Below are positions 51,312-59,868 of a stretch of 64,000 nucleotides of DNA, piece by piece. The position numbers and the translations under genes were made by a program. The DNA is from an uncultured delta proteobacterium (GTDB lineage: Bacteria > Myxococcota_A > Polyangia > Fen-1088). The stretch is taken from NCBI GenBank assembly GCA_963755125.1, contig CAVWIP010000010.1, positions 96,001-160,000 of the forward strand, written 5' to 3'. The notes below the pieces were generated by a model. It searched no databases. It worked only from the letters and a program-made list of their open reading frames with translations, and was not told where the DNA came from. Positions within the stretch are counted from its first letter, which is position 1, and the number at the start of each line of letters is the position of its first letter.

Positions 51312-52282
51312 GATCGGGACACCTCGTAGATCCGTTCGACCACCCGGAGCGCGGCCGCGGCATCCGAAAGTCCCGGCGCGGGCGACCGGCCCAGGGCCAC
51401 GTCCTGATAAAAATCCGCCAGCTCGGCCGCCCAGGAATCGTCAGCGCGCGGGTAATCCCACGACGTGGTCTCCGGCGGCCCCATTTCCGGCAGCATGCGG
51501 TAGTGGGTCAGCCGCTCCACCCCGTAGCTGCCTCCCAGTCCCTGCACCTCCAGCTTTCCGTCGCGCCCGAACGCCTCGAACGAGAAGAGGTTCTTCCACT
51601 CGGAACAACTGCAGTGCATGAAGGCCACCTTCTTCTCCGCGGTTCGCAGCAACAAGAAGGCATTGTCCTCCACCGGCATGTCCCAGAACCAGTTGCCCGC
51701 CAGTCCGTCGACCTGGACGAACTCCCCGGCAAACCACCGGGCCAGATCGATGAGGTGCATGCCTTGATCGATCAGCTCGCCGCCGCCGGAAACCTCGGGA
51801 CGCGCCCGCCACTCCTTCTGGTAGCCCACCCGGCCGCCGTGCCCGTAGCGCGCGCGCAGGTACATTAGCGGCCCCACCGCTCCGGCGACAAACATCTCGT
51901 GGGCCTTGCGCAGGGCTGGATGGTAGCGATGGTTGAAGCCCACCCGCACCAGCACCCCACGGCTGCGCGCCGCCTCGATTACGGCGGCAAGCTCGCTCGC
52001 CCGACGCGCGGCCGGCTTCTCGACCAGAACGTGCTTGCCCGCCTCGACCGCGGCCAGGGTCACCGGCGCCAGCCCGTCGTGGGTGGTCGCCACCACCACC
52101 ATCTGCACCTCTGGCCGCGTGACCATCTCGCGCCAGTCCGCCACCGCCTGCGCGCCATGTTCGGCCGCCAACGCCTGCGCGCGATCGAGAACCGCGTCCG
52201 AGCACGCCACCAGTTTCCCGGCGCCCAAAGACTGCGCGCGCTTGCGCCCGATCAGCCCACAGCCCACGATGCCCACGTTCAT
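51308..52282 (-). CDS. Gfo/Idh/MocA-family oxidoreductase
   Basis: MNVGIVGCGLIG, HVLVEKP, GGGELIDQGMH; ATG 52282. Confidence 0.9.
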   Translation of the reverse strand: MNVGIVGCGLIGRKRAQSLGAGKLVACSDAVLDRAQALAAEHGAQAVADWREMVTRPEVQMVVVATTHDGLAPVTLAAVEAGKHVLVEKPAARRASELAAVIEAARSRGVLVRVGFNHRYHPALRKAHEMFVAGAVGPLMYLRARYGHGGRVGYQKEWRARPEVSGGGELIDQGMHLIDLARWFAGEFVQVDGLAGNWFWDMPVEDNAFLLLRTAEKKVAFMHCSCSEWKNLFSFEAFGRDGKLEVQGLGGSYGVERLTHYRMLPEMGPPETTSWDYPRADDSWAAELADFYQDVALGRSPAPGLSDAAAALRVVERIYEVSRS

Positions 52283-52304
52283 CTCTGTCTCCCAAACTTC
52301 ACGA

Positions 52305-53258
52305 CTATCTCCGATCCAGGACCCATGGGTTGTCCCGCAGAAACTGCAGGGTGCGTTCGATGCCTTGCTTGATGGTGAGCTTGGGCGCCCAGCCCAGCTT
52401 CCGGATCTTGGCACAGTCGAGAAAGATGAAGGGACTGTCGCCAATCCAGCCACGCTCGCCACCCGCGTAGCTCAGAGCGGGACGCAACCCCATATGGCCG
52501 GTGATCCAGCCAATCGAATCGTCGACGGTGCAGAACTCGTCCGTGCCCAGATTGAACACATCGACCGGGCCGCTGCACCTGTCCATGGCCAGGAGCATGG
52601 CGCCCACGCAGTCCTGCACGTAGAGGTAGGACTTGCGCTGCCGACCGTCGCCCAGCACGTACAACTGGCCCGGGTGCTCGCGGAGTTGCTTGCAGAAGTC
52701 GAAGACATGTCCGTGCGAGTAGCGTTCACCCAGGATCGAGACGAAGCGGAAGATGCAGCCGCGCATTCCGAATCCAGCGCAGTAGGCTGCAATCAAGGCC
52801 TCGCCCGCGGCCTTGGACGCGCCATACAGCGAGGTCTGCACGGGAAAGGGCGCATCCTCGGGCGTGGGGAATACCCGTGGCTCACCGTATATCGATCCCG
52901 TCGACGAGAATCCGATCTGCTTCACGCCACCCTGCCGCATGGACTCGAGCACGTTCCATGTCGCGATGGTGTTCTGCTCCAAATCCCGGCGCGGGTGCTC
53001 AGTTCCAAAGCGCACGTCCGCATTGGCCGCCAGGTGCATCACCACATCCGCGCCGGCCGCGGCCGCAGTCAACTCCTCCAGGTTCAGCACATCCCCGCGC
53101 ACCAGCCGGAATCGCTTGTGGTCGAGAGCCTGCGACAAGAAAGCCATCTGCCCGGTAGAGAAGTTGTCGTACCCAACCACCTCGTGACCGTCGGCCAGCA
53201 GTCGGTCGGTGAGGTTGCTGCCCACGAATCCCGCGCATCCCGTGACAAGATACTTCAT
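52305..53258 (-). CDS. NAD-dependent nucleotide-sugar epimerase/dehydratase
   Basis: LVTGCAGFVG, YGASK, GDGRQRKSYLYV; ATG 53258. Confidence 0.92.
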   Translation of the reverse strand: MKYLVTGCAGFVGSNLTDRLLADGHEVVGYDNFSTGQMAFLSQALDHKRFRLVRGDVLNLEELTAAAAGADVVMHLAANADVRFGTEHPRRDLEQNTIATWNVLESMRQGGVKQIGFSSTGSIYGEPRVFPTPEDAPFPVQTSLYGASKAAGEALIAAYCAGFGMRGCIFRFVSILGERYSHGHVFDFCKQLREHPGQLYVLGDGRQRKSYLYVQDCVGAMLLAMDRCSGPVDVFNLGTDEFCTVDDSIGWITGHMGLRPALSYAGGERGWIGDSPFIFLDCAKIRKLGWAPKLTIKQGIERTLQFLRDNPWVLDRR

Positions 53259-54280
53259 CCGAAGTCTCTGCCATCCTGCGGGACCGCCCCTCGGGGGCCC
53301 CGCGATGGTTCCGTGGCTGTCTGGTTCAAGTTTGCCACCGGGCCGGACAGCCCAAGCGATTCCTCGACGATGAACTTGGGCCGCTGCTTGGCCTCGTCGT
53401 AGATGCGACCGATGTACGCACCCAGCACGCCCATGCTCATGAGCTGAACACCGCCCAGAAACAGCATCAGGATACAGGTCGTGGCCAGGCCCTGCACGAA
53501 CACGTAAAGCCCCCTGGACTTCAAGTAGGCGACCACGGGCACGGCCAGCAGGGCCAGGGCCGCCATGATGAATCCTGCCACGATCATCATGCTGAGCAAC
53601 GCATCCGAAAAAGCGATGATGCCGTTGATTCCGATGCGCAGACTGCCGGTGAGGCGATTGTACTTGCCCTCGCCCGCCGCGCGCGCTTCTCGATCGAAAG
53701 GCAGCAGAATCGCCTTGAACCCCACCACGCTGGTCAGCCCGCGCAGAAAGCCGTGGCTCTCCTTGAGCTTGACGATCTCCTCGACCACCCGCCGGTCCAT
53801 GAGACGAAAATCCCCGGTGTTGCGCGGGATGGGCACCGTCGCAATGCGATTGATCGCCCAGTAGCCGGCGTACGAGATGATGCGCTTGATCATCGTCTCG
53901 CCCCGGCGCGAGCGGCGTTGCGGAACCACCACCTTGTAGCCCTGGCGCCACAGCCGCACCATCTCCTCGATGAGCTGCGGGGGATCCTGCAGGTCGCAGT
54001 CGATCACCACCACCGCCTGCCCGGTAGCGTAGGCCAGGCCGCCCAAGGTGGCCGCAGGCTGGCCAAAGCGGCGCGAAAACACCAGCAGCTTGATCCGTGG
54101 ATCGCGCGCGTGCTCCTGCCGTATCAGATCGACCGTGCCGTCGGTGCAAGGATCCGCCGCGAAGATGATCTCGTAGTCCTGCGTGACGGGCAGCAGAGCC
54201 GCACGCATTCTTTCCAGGAATCGCGGCAGGGTTTGCTGCTCGTTGTAGACGGGCACCACGATGGAAAGCAGGCAGGGCAT
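53255..54280 (-). CDS. GT2 polyprenol-phosphate glycosyltransferase (GtrB/ArnC-like)
   Basis: SIVVPVYNE, FSRRFG, DCDLQDPP, GDFRLMDR, two C-terminal TMs, GAYIGRIY.E.K.RP. Confidence 0.92.
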   Translation of the reverse strand: MPCLLSIVVPVYNEQQTLPRFLERMRAALLPVTQDYEIIFAADPCTDGTVDLIRQEHARDPRIKLLVFSRRFGQPAATLGGLAYATGQAVVVIDCDLQDPPQLIEEMVRLWRQGYKVVVPQRRSRRGETMIKRIISYAGYWAINRIATVPIPRNTGDFRLMDRRVVEEIVKLKESHGFLRGLTSVVGFKAILLPFDREARAAGEGKYNRLTGSLRIGINGIIAFSDALLSMMIVAGFIMAALALLAVPVVAYLKSRGLYVFVQGLATTCILMLFLGGVQLMSMGVLGAYIGRIYDEAKQRPKFIVEESLGLSGPVANLNQTATEPSRGPRGAVPQDGRDFG

Positions 54281-54414
54281 GGAGGGCTCAGGTCAAGCGG
54301 ACCCAAGCCTGATCATAGGGGGCGTGTACTGCGCCGGTCAATCGCGGAGTGCGCATCGACAACTCTGTTCAATAGTGGCGACAGATCGGGTGATCTTCGC
54401 GTAATCTCCCGGCC

Positions 54415-54693
54415 ATGATCAAGCACAACACTTACTTCGACGGCAAGGTTCAAAGTCTGGGCTTCGAGCGCAACGGCCGCCGCGCCACCGCGGGCGTGGT
54501 GCAACCCGGGGAATTCCACTTCGACACCGGCGGCGCCGAACGCATGATCGTGGTCAGCGGCGAGCTGGCCGCGCGCCTGCCCGGCGGCCAGTGGAAGCAC
54601 TACCCGGTAGGCACCGCTTTCGAGGTTCCCGCCAAGACCGGATTTGACATTCGCGCGGACCAGCCGGCCGCGTACATATGTGAGTTCATCTAG
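54415..54693 (+). CDS. ppnP: pyrimidine/purine nucleoside phosphorylase (DUF1255)
   Basis: NTYFDGKVQSLGF, GVVQPGEF.F.T..ERM, YICEF. Confidence 0.88.
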   Translation: MIKHNTYFDGKVQSLGFERNGRRATAGVVQPGEFHFDTGGAERMIVVSGELAARLPGGQWKHYPVGTAFEVPAKTGFDIRADQPAAYICEFI

Positions 54694-54706
54694 CCGAAAA
54701 ACCCGG

Positions 54707-55579
54707 TCATCTATCTCCCCAGGGAAAGCCACGGTCCTTGGGGACCACCCGTCGCAGGGTGTAGACGTCGCTGTTCAGATCGTTCCAGTGACTCGGCAGG
54801 GTCTCCCACGGATCCCAGATCGCGCTGAGAACCTTGCCGGTGATCCCGTCGCTGGCGGCTGACGCCAGGAACACCGCCAGGGCAGCGCCACGCTCGACCG
54901 GGGCGCCGCCTTCCTGCTTTTGCTTGGCCGCCCTGGTGTAGAACGACTCACCCACTCGCTCGGGCCCTGCAGCCAGCACCTCATCGAGCAGGCGGGTGTT
55001 GAGCGGGCCTGGCGCAATAGAGTTGACGTCGATGTGATCGTCGCGCGCCTCTTCGGCGAGCGTCTCGGCGAAGCGGACAATGGCCGCCTTCGAGGCCGCG
55101 TAGGCGCTGATGCGCGGCAACGGATTGGTCGCCCCGCCGCCCGAGAGCTGAACGATCTTGCCGTAGCGGTTCGCCCGGAATTGCGGCAGCACGGCCCGAC
55201 ACATCAGCACCGAGCCCATCAGGTTGATCTCGATGGCCCGCAGCCAGTCGCTCCACTCGATATCCTCGATGCGCCCCAGCGGCCCATAGATCCCGGCGTT
55301 GTTCACCAGGATTTGCACCGTCCCCAGTGCGTCCGTGGCGTGGGCAACCACTCTCGCGACGTCTGCCGGCTGCGAGACGTCCGCCGCCTCGCCAAGGATC
55401 GTCTGCTTTGGGGCCGCGCAGGCGCACAGGCTGTCGACGGCTGCCGCCAGTTTGCCGCCGTCCCTCGCGCAAAGAAACAAGTTCGCCCCGGCGCCGAGGT
55501 AGGCCTGGGCAATGGCCAGACCCAGCCCCTGGTTGGCGCCCGTGATGATGGCAGCACGGCCTGCCAGCACGCCTGTCAT
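54707..55579 (-). CDS. SDR-family oxidoreductase
   Basis: TGANQGLG, NNAG, YAASK; ATG 55579 overlaps the upstream stop. Confidence 0.92.
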   Translation of the reverse strand: MTGVLAGRAAIITGANQGLGLAIAQAYLGAGANLFLCARDGGKLAAAVDSLCACAAPKQTILGEAADVSQPADVARVVAHATDALGTVQILVNNAGIYGPLGRIEDIEWSDWLRAIEINLMGSVLMCRAVLPQFRANRYGKIVQLSGGGATNPLPRISAYAASKAAIVRFAETLAEEARDDHIDVNSIAPGPLNTRLLDEVLAAGPERVGESFYTRAAKQKQEGGAPVERGAALAVFLASAASDGITGKVLSAIWDPWETLPSHWNDLNSDVYTLRRVVPKDRGFPWGDR

Positions 55580-56850
55580 GCTGATCCTTTTCCGATGGTA
55601 ACGTAGCGGACCGCCGCGTGGCCCTCGAACTTGTCGCGGAGAAATCGGTTTGCATCGACCACCGTGAGCGTACCGCGAATGTCGAGGTCGACCTCGCGAT
55701 ACACGGGCCATTCTGTTGCGACAACCAGCGCGTCGACGTTGCTCGCCGCTGCCGCGGGTGAGCCCTGCAGTTCGATGATCGACTGCAGTTCCTGGGGCAG
55801 CGCTTTGACCGCGGGATCATGGGCAACCACGCGCGCTCCCTGTTGGTGAAGCCAACGGCAAAGCTCGACGGCGCCAGAGCGCCGCAAGGTATCGGTTCCC
55901 GGTTTGTAGGTCAGCCCCCACACGCCCACGGTGCGATGGCGCAGATCCCCGAGAAGCGTCTGCAGTTTGTGCCGTGTCCAGCCCTTGTGCAGATCGTTGC
56001 TGGTCTTCACCGACGCGATGAGCGGCGATGGTCGACCGGCCTTCTTGCTCACCTCGCCGAGAAAGGCGATGTCCCGCGCCAGGGTTCCACCCGCAAAGGC
56101 CGCGCCGGGCGACAGGTAGGCCCGCGGTCCGATGCGCGATTCCGACTTCAAACCGCGTTCCACCTCCTTGGCGTCCGCGCCGACCTCTTCGCAGATGGTC
56201 GCGATCTCGTTGATGAAGACGACGGACGTGGCCAGAAAAGCGTTGATCGCGTGCTTGGTCATCTCCGCTGATTCAACCGACATCCATTCAATCCGGTCAG
56301 TCAGCGGCGCGAGCAAGGTCGCAATCCTGGCGCGGTCGCTGTCGCCGCGCACCCCCGCAACAACCCGGTCAGGCTTGCTGAACACTTCGATGGCCTTGCC
56401 CAGGCGGAGATTCTCCGGCAACGCCGCAAACGAAATATCCTGGCGCCCACACCGTCGTTCAAGCGCAGCAACCGAGCCGACCGGAAGCTGTGACGAAACG
56501 ACGACCAGGGTTCCCGGTTCGAGCAAGGGAAAGAGTTTCTCGACCCGCGACACGACATGGTTGACGTCCGCACGATCATCCTCGGATACCGGCGTGTCGA
56601 ACGCGATCCACAGCACCGATGCGCTCTTGACGGCTTCCCCCGCGTTGGTCGTGAAGCGCAGAAGGCCCGCTTCGATTCCTTTGCGAATCAGCTCGTCGAG
56701 CCCTGGTTCATACAGCGGCGCCTGCCCGCGGTTCAAAGCTTCGACGGTCTCCCCCGCCTCATCGAGACCCGTCACGTCGCAGCCACTATCGGCCAGACAG
56801 GCGGCAGTGACCGAGCCAAGATGCCAGAGACCAGCAACACAGACCTTCAT
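55576..56850 (-). CDS. UDP-glucose/GDP-mannose dehydrogenase family protein (atypical active site)
   Basis: PLYEPGL, PENLRLG.A, SAEMTKHA.N, GLTYKPGTD..R.S; usual GGSC replaced by GGTL. Confidence 0.85.
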   Translation of the reverse strand: MKVCVAGLWHLGSVTAACLADSGCDVTGLDEAGETVEALNRGQAPLYEPGLDELIRKGIEAGLLRFTTNAGEAVKSASVLWIAFDTPVSEDDRADVNHVVSRVEKLFPLLEPGTLVVVSSQLPVGSVAALERRCGRQDISFAALPENLRLGKAIEVFSKPDRVVAGVRGDSDRARIATLLAPLTDRIEWMSVESAEMTKHAINAFLATSVVFINEIATICEEVGADAKEVERGLKSESRIGPRAYLSPGAAFAGGTLARDIAFLGEVSKKAGRPSPLIASVKTSNDLHKGWTRHKLQTLLGDLRHRTVGVWGLTYKPGTDTLRRSGAVELCRWLHQQGARVVAHDPAVKALPQELQSIIELQGSPAAAASNVDALVVATEWPVYREVDLDIRGTLTVVDANRFLRDKFEGHAAVRYVTIGKGSA

Positions 56851-57091
56851 GAACGCGCCCCGCGAACCCAGGGATGGGGGAGGCGACCATCGAGCACACG
56901 GGAATTGTCGCCCGGCCAGCCACGGCCGGCGTCGGCAGATTCGCTGTGCAGGATCACCCTGAGATGCTCCGAGATCGAACTGACTGAGTCAAGCCCTGAT
57001 GTGAACGTCTACTCTCGACGATTACGTCGAAAGTGGCGCGTTCACTCACAGCAGAGCATCTAACCTCGCGAACCTCACCAGGAGACCTCAC

Positions 57092-57634
57092 ATGGCAACC
57101 AATTCCAGAACCATCCCCACGGTCATCTTCACCCTGGGACTCGGCCTTGCCGCTGGCTGCGCGACGAGCGGCGCGGCCGAAAAGTACGAGGCGGAGCAGA
57201 AGCTGGTCAGCGGCCACATCGAGATCTTCGATGACCTCGACTTCAACGTGTTCACCGGGCAGAAGTGGGCGGAACTTCACCGCAGCCACTCCCAGGACAT
57301 CACGGTGTACTGGCCTGATGGACACGCGACCAAGGGCATCGAAAAGCACATCGAGGATTTGAAGGCGATGTTCGTCTGGGCGCCCGACACGCGGATCAAG
57401 GAGCACCCGGTGAAACTCGGGCAGCGCGACTGGACGGCCGTCATCGGCTTCATGGAAGGAACATTCACGCAACCCATGCCCATCGGAGAGGGCAAAACCA
57501 TCCCGCCGACCGGGAAGGCCTACAAGATCAGGATGGCGACCATCGGCCACTGGAACAACGACGGCGTGATGGATGCGGAGTACCTCTTCTGGGACAATCA
57601 GGAGTTCCTGAAGGAGATCGGGCTCGGGAAGTAG
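57092..57634 (+). CDS. SnoaL-like (NTF2-fold) ester cyclase family lipoprotein
   Basis: AGGAG RBS; lipobox AAGC; FDDLDFNVF, HIEDLKAMF, GTFTQPM..IPPTGK, EYLFWDN. Confidence 0.82.
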   Translation: MATNSRTIPTVIFTLGLGLAAGCATSGAAEKYEAEQKLVSGHIEIFDDLDFNVFTGQKWAELHRSHSQDITVYWPDGHATKGIEKHIEDLKAMFVWAPDTRIKEHPVKLGQRDWTAVIGFMEGTFTQPMPIGEGKTIPPTGKAYKIRMATIGHWNNDGVMDAEYLFWDNQEFLKEIGLGK

Positions 57635-57672
57635 GACCGAGGACTCTGGCCAGGAACGCGAAGGAGCTAGGA

Positions 57673-58005
57673 ATGCAAGGTGGTTCAACAGTGGCCACGA
57701 CGGAGTGGATCCCCGTCATGGACGATGCCTCACTGCCCGAGGGTGGCATGCAGCCCGCGTATCCGCGGGGGCTCAACGTGGTGATAGCGCGAGTCGATGG
57801 AATGGTCTACGCGGTCTCCGGCGCGTGCGCGCACATGGGGTGCCCGCTCTTTACCGGCTCCTTGGCCGCCGCGATCCTCATTTGCCCGTGCCACGACTGG
57901 CGCTTCGACGTTCGCACGGGTGAGTTCTTGGATGCGCCGGAAGTCCGACTGACGGTCTACCCCGTGCGAAGCGAGAACGGCAAGCTGTTCATCAATCTCG
58001 GCTGA
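57673..58005 (+). CDS. Rieske [2Fe-2S] ferredoxin
   Basis: CAH..CPCH.W.FD..TG. Confidence 0.9.
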   Translation: MQGGSTVATTEWIPVMDDASLPEGGMQPAYPRGLNVVIARVDGMVYAVSGACAHMGCPLFTGSLAAAILICPCHDWRFDVRTGEFLDAPEVRLTVYPVRSENGKLFINLG

Positions 58006-58024
58006 TCGGCTGAAAGGGAAAGCG

Positions 58025-58270
58025 ATGCCAAACATCGTCATGTACACGCTGTCGACCTGCCCCTGGTGTAGGAAGACCAAGAACTTCTTCAAGCAGCATG
58101 GCGTGCCGTTCGAGTTCATTGACTACGACCTGGCGGACGAGGCCACTCAGGAGAGAATTATGGCCGAACTGGATGCGCACGGAGCGAACGGTTTCCCATT
58201 CGTGCGCATAGGCGAAACCGTCGTCATGGGCTACAACCCGGGGCGCTACCAAGAGCTCCTCGGGCTTTGA
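58025..58270 (+). CDS. glutaredoxin/NrdH-like redoxin
   Basis: YTLSTCPWC, GFP, VMGYN. Confidence 0.92.
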   Translation: MPNIVMYTLSTCPWCRKTKNFFKQHGVPFEFIDYDLADEATQERIMAELDAHGANGFPFVRIGETVVMGYNPGRYQELLGL

Positions 58271-58282
58271 GAGGAAGCTTCC

Positions 58283-58618
58283 ATGACGGTAGAGACGAGG
58301 AAGCAGGCCCTGCACCATTTCTTTGCCAAGGTGGTCGACCGCCTTGGTTACAAGTTCACTCCCGATGAGGAGCTCAGGGACTTCCTGCTGGAGCAGGAGG
58401 TGTTGCTCGAACAAAAGCACGGTATCCCCTTCTGTCCATGTCAGCCCATCACTCGCGAACGGGCGCACAACATGACGCTCGTGTGTCCGTGCATCCCATT
58501 TCATCGAGCCCACTACGACGCCATGAAACGCTGCTGGTGTGGCCTCTTCGTCCACAAGGACGTCACGGATCCAGATTCGCTGCCGCAGATCCCCGCCTCG
58601 GAGGTGAAACGTGGGTGA
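58283..58618 (+). CDS. ferredoxin:thioredoxin reductase catalytic-subunit-like protein
   Basis: CPC..CPC..CWCGLF motif set. Confidence 0.88.
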   Translation: MTVETRKQALHHFFAKVVDRLGYKFTPDEELRDFLLEQEVLLEQKHGIPFCPCQPITRERAHNMTLVCPCIPFHRAHYDAMKRCWCGLFVHKDVTDPDSLPQIPASEVKRG

Positions 58619-59006
58619 ACGCTTCGTCTCCGCCATTGATGCCGCGGACCTCGTTCCCGGTGGCATGAAGACCGTTCAGTTGGAGGGACGCGAAATTGTC
58701 GTGTGCAACTGCGAGGGGCGCTTTTTCGCTGTCGAACGGCGGTGCGGGCACATGAACGCGCCGCTCGAGATGGGAACCCTCGTGGGCACCGTCCTTACCT
58801 GCCCCATGCATTGCGCTCAGTTCGACATCGCGACCGGTGAGGCACTTGCAGGTCCCGTCCCCCACGACACGGGCAACGAGCCCGCTCCTGCCAAGCTTGG
58901 GGGTCTGCTCGCGAACATCGGTATGCTGATGGAGCACATCCAAACGCGGGCTATCCGCACCTATGCGACGAAGGTGGAATCGGGGAGGGTCTGGGTCGCC
59001 CTGTAG
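58611..59006 (+). CDS. Rieske [2Fe-2S] ferredoxin with internal extension
   Basis: CGH..CPMH.A.FD..TG; extra segment of about 25 aa before IRTY. Confidence 0.88.
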   Translation: MGERFVSAIDAADLVPGGMKTVQLEGREIVVCNCEGRFFAVERRCGHMNAPLEMGTLVGTVLTCPMHCAQFDIATGEALAGPVPHDTGNEPAPAKLGGLLANIGMLMEHIQTRAIRTYATKVESGRVWVAL

Positions 59007-59016
59007 CTTGCGATTT

Positions 59017-59100
59017 GCCGCAGCCGACGAAGAGAACTTTCTGATGGCGGTCGATCAGTTGCTTGAGCTCGGTGACGGATTTTGGACTGGCAACGATCAT
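59017..59100 (-). pseudogene. N-terminal remnant of a MetV-like (MTHFR C-terminal domain) protein
   Basis: Manual translation after GGGAG: MIVASPKSVTELKQLIDRHQKVLFVGCG, then recognisable similarity ends. Confidence 0.55.
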
Positions 59101-59327
59101 GGAACTCCCTTCACGCAGGTGGCGCAGGCCACGCAGCCCTCGGGATCGACCTTGGCCACCTGTCCCGCGATGTCGAGCTTAGCGCGCGAGAGAATGGTCG
59201 CGGCTCGGCCGGCCACCGCCTTGGCGTGCGCGTTGGTCTCGTCGATGAAACGCGGCGAGTGAGCCAGGCCAGCCAAGTACTCGCCCTCGTTGGCCAGATC
59301 CACAGGACGCAGCTTGGGATGCGGCAT
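59097..59327 (-). pseudogene. internal fragment of heterodisulfide reductase subunit A (HdrA-like)
   Basis: HPKLRPVD..EG.YLAGLAHSPR.IDET..A.A.AGRAATIL..CVACATCV; only about 76 aa of a large protein. Confidence 0.75.
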
Positions 59328-59412
59328 TGAAGCTGACGAGCCACGCTGGCACTTTCCTCAACGGGCGTTGCGCTGCCGGCCCTCTGGCGATAAATTCTGA
59401 AGAAGGTCGACC

Positions 59413-59670
59413 GTGGCCCTACCAATCAATAGCGGAGAAGTCGAGAGACTGGCGTACGAGATCGCCGCATACACCGGTGAAAGCGTTCCAGACGCCATTC
59501 GCAACGCTCTTCGCGAGCGCCTGGACCGGCAGAAGGCGCGCGGCAGGCGCGCGTCTTCCTTGCGCCGGCAGTTGCAGGAGATCCGCAAGCGATGCGCAGC
59601 GCTTCCGCGGCTCGACCAGCGAACGGCGGACGAGATCCTTGGATACGATTCTGTCGGACTTCCCCGCTGA
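59413..59670 (+). CDS. vapB: VapB antitoxin (Rv0623-like)
   Basis: MAL.I...EVERLA..IA..TGESV..AI..ALRERL..EILGYD..GLPR; stop overlaps the vapC start. Confidence 0.85.
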   Translation: MALPINSGEVERLAYEIAAYTGESVPDAIRNALRERLDRQKARGRRASSLRRQLQEIRKRCAALPRLDQRTADEILGYDSVGLPR

Positions 59671-59868
59671 TGGTCATCGATACCTCAGCACTCATTGCCA
59701 TACTGAGCGACGAGCCGGAGGCGCCGGGCCTCGAGGCGGCCATCGAAGCAGACTCCGTTCGCTTGCTTTCGGCCGCCAGCCTTGTCGAGGCTTCGATTGT
59801 CATCGAGAGCCGCTACGGCGAGGCAGGCGGTCGCGAATTGGACTTGCTCATTCGCGAAGCGGGCATGG
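59670..59868 (+). pseudogene. vapC: truncated VapC (PIN) toxin
   Basis: MVIDTSALIAIL.DEPE..LSAASLVEA.IV..RYG; similarity stops after about 66 aa and the C-terminal acidic motifs are missing. Confidence 0.8.

Noticed and set aside
53281..53312. Short match (GGCCCCGCGATGG) to the carB palindromic insert in the GT2 tail
   Set aside because: About 13 bp in very GC-rich DNA and lacks the paired stems; likely chance
57058..57064. ATCTAAC as an integron attC core site
   Set aside because: No matching partner box or attC-type palindrome at the proper distance, and no integrase in the window
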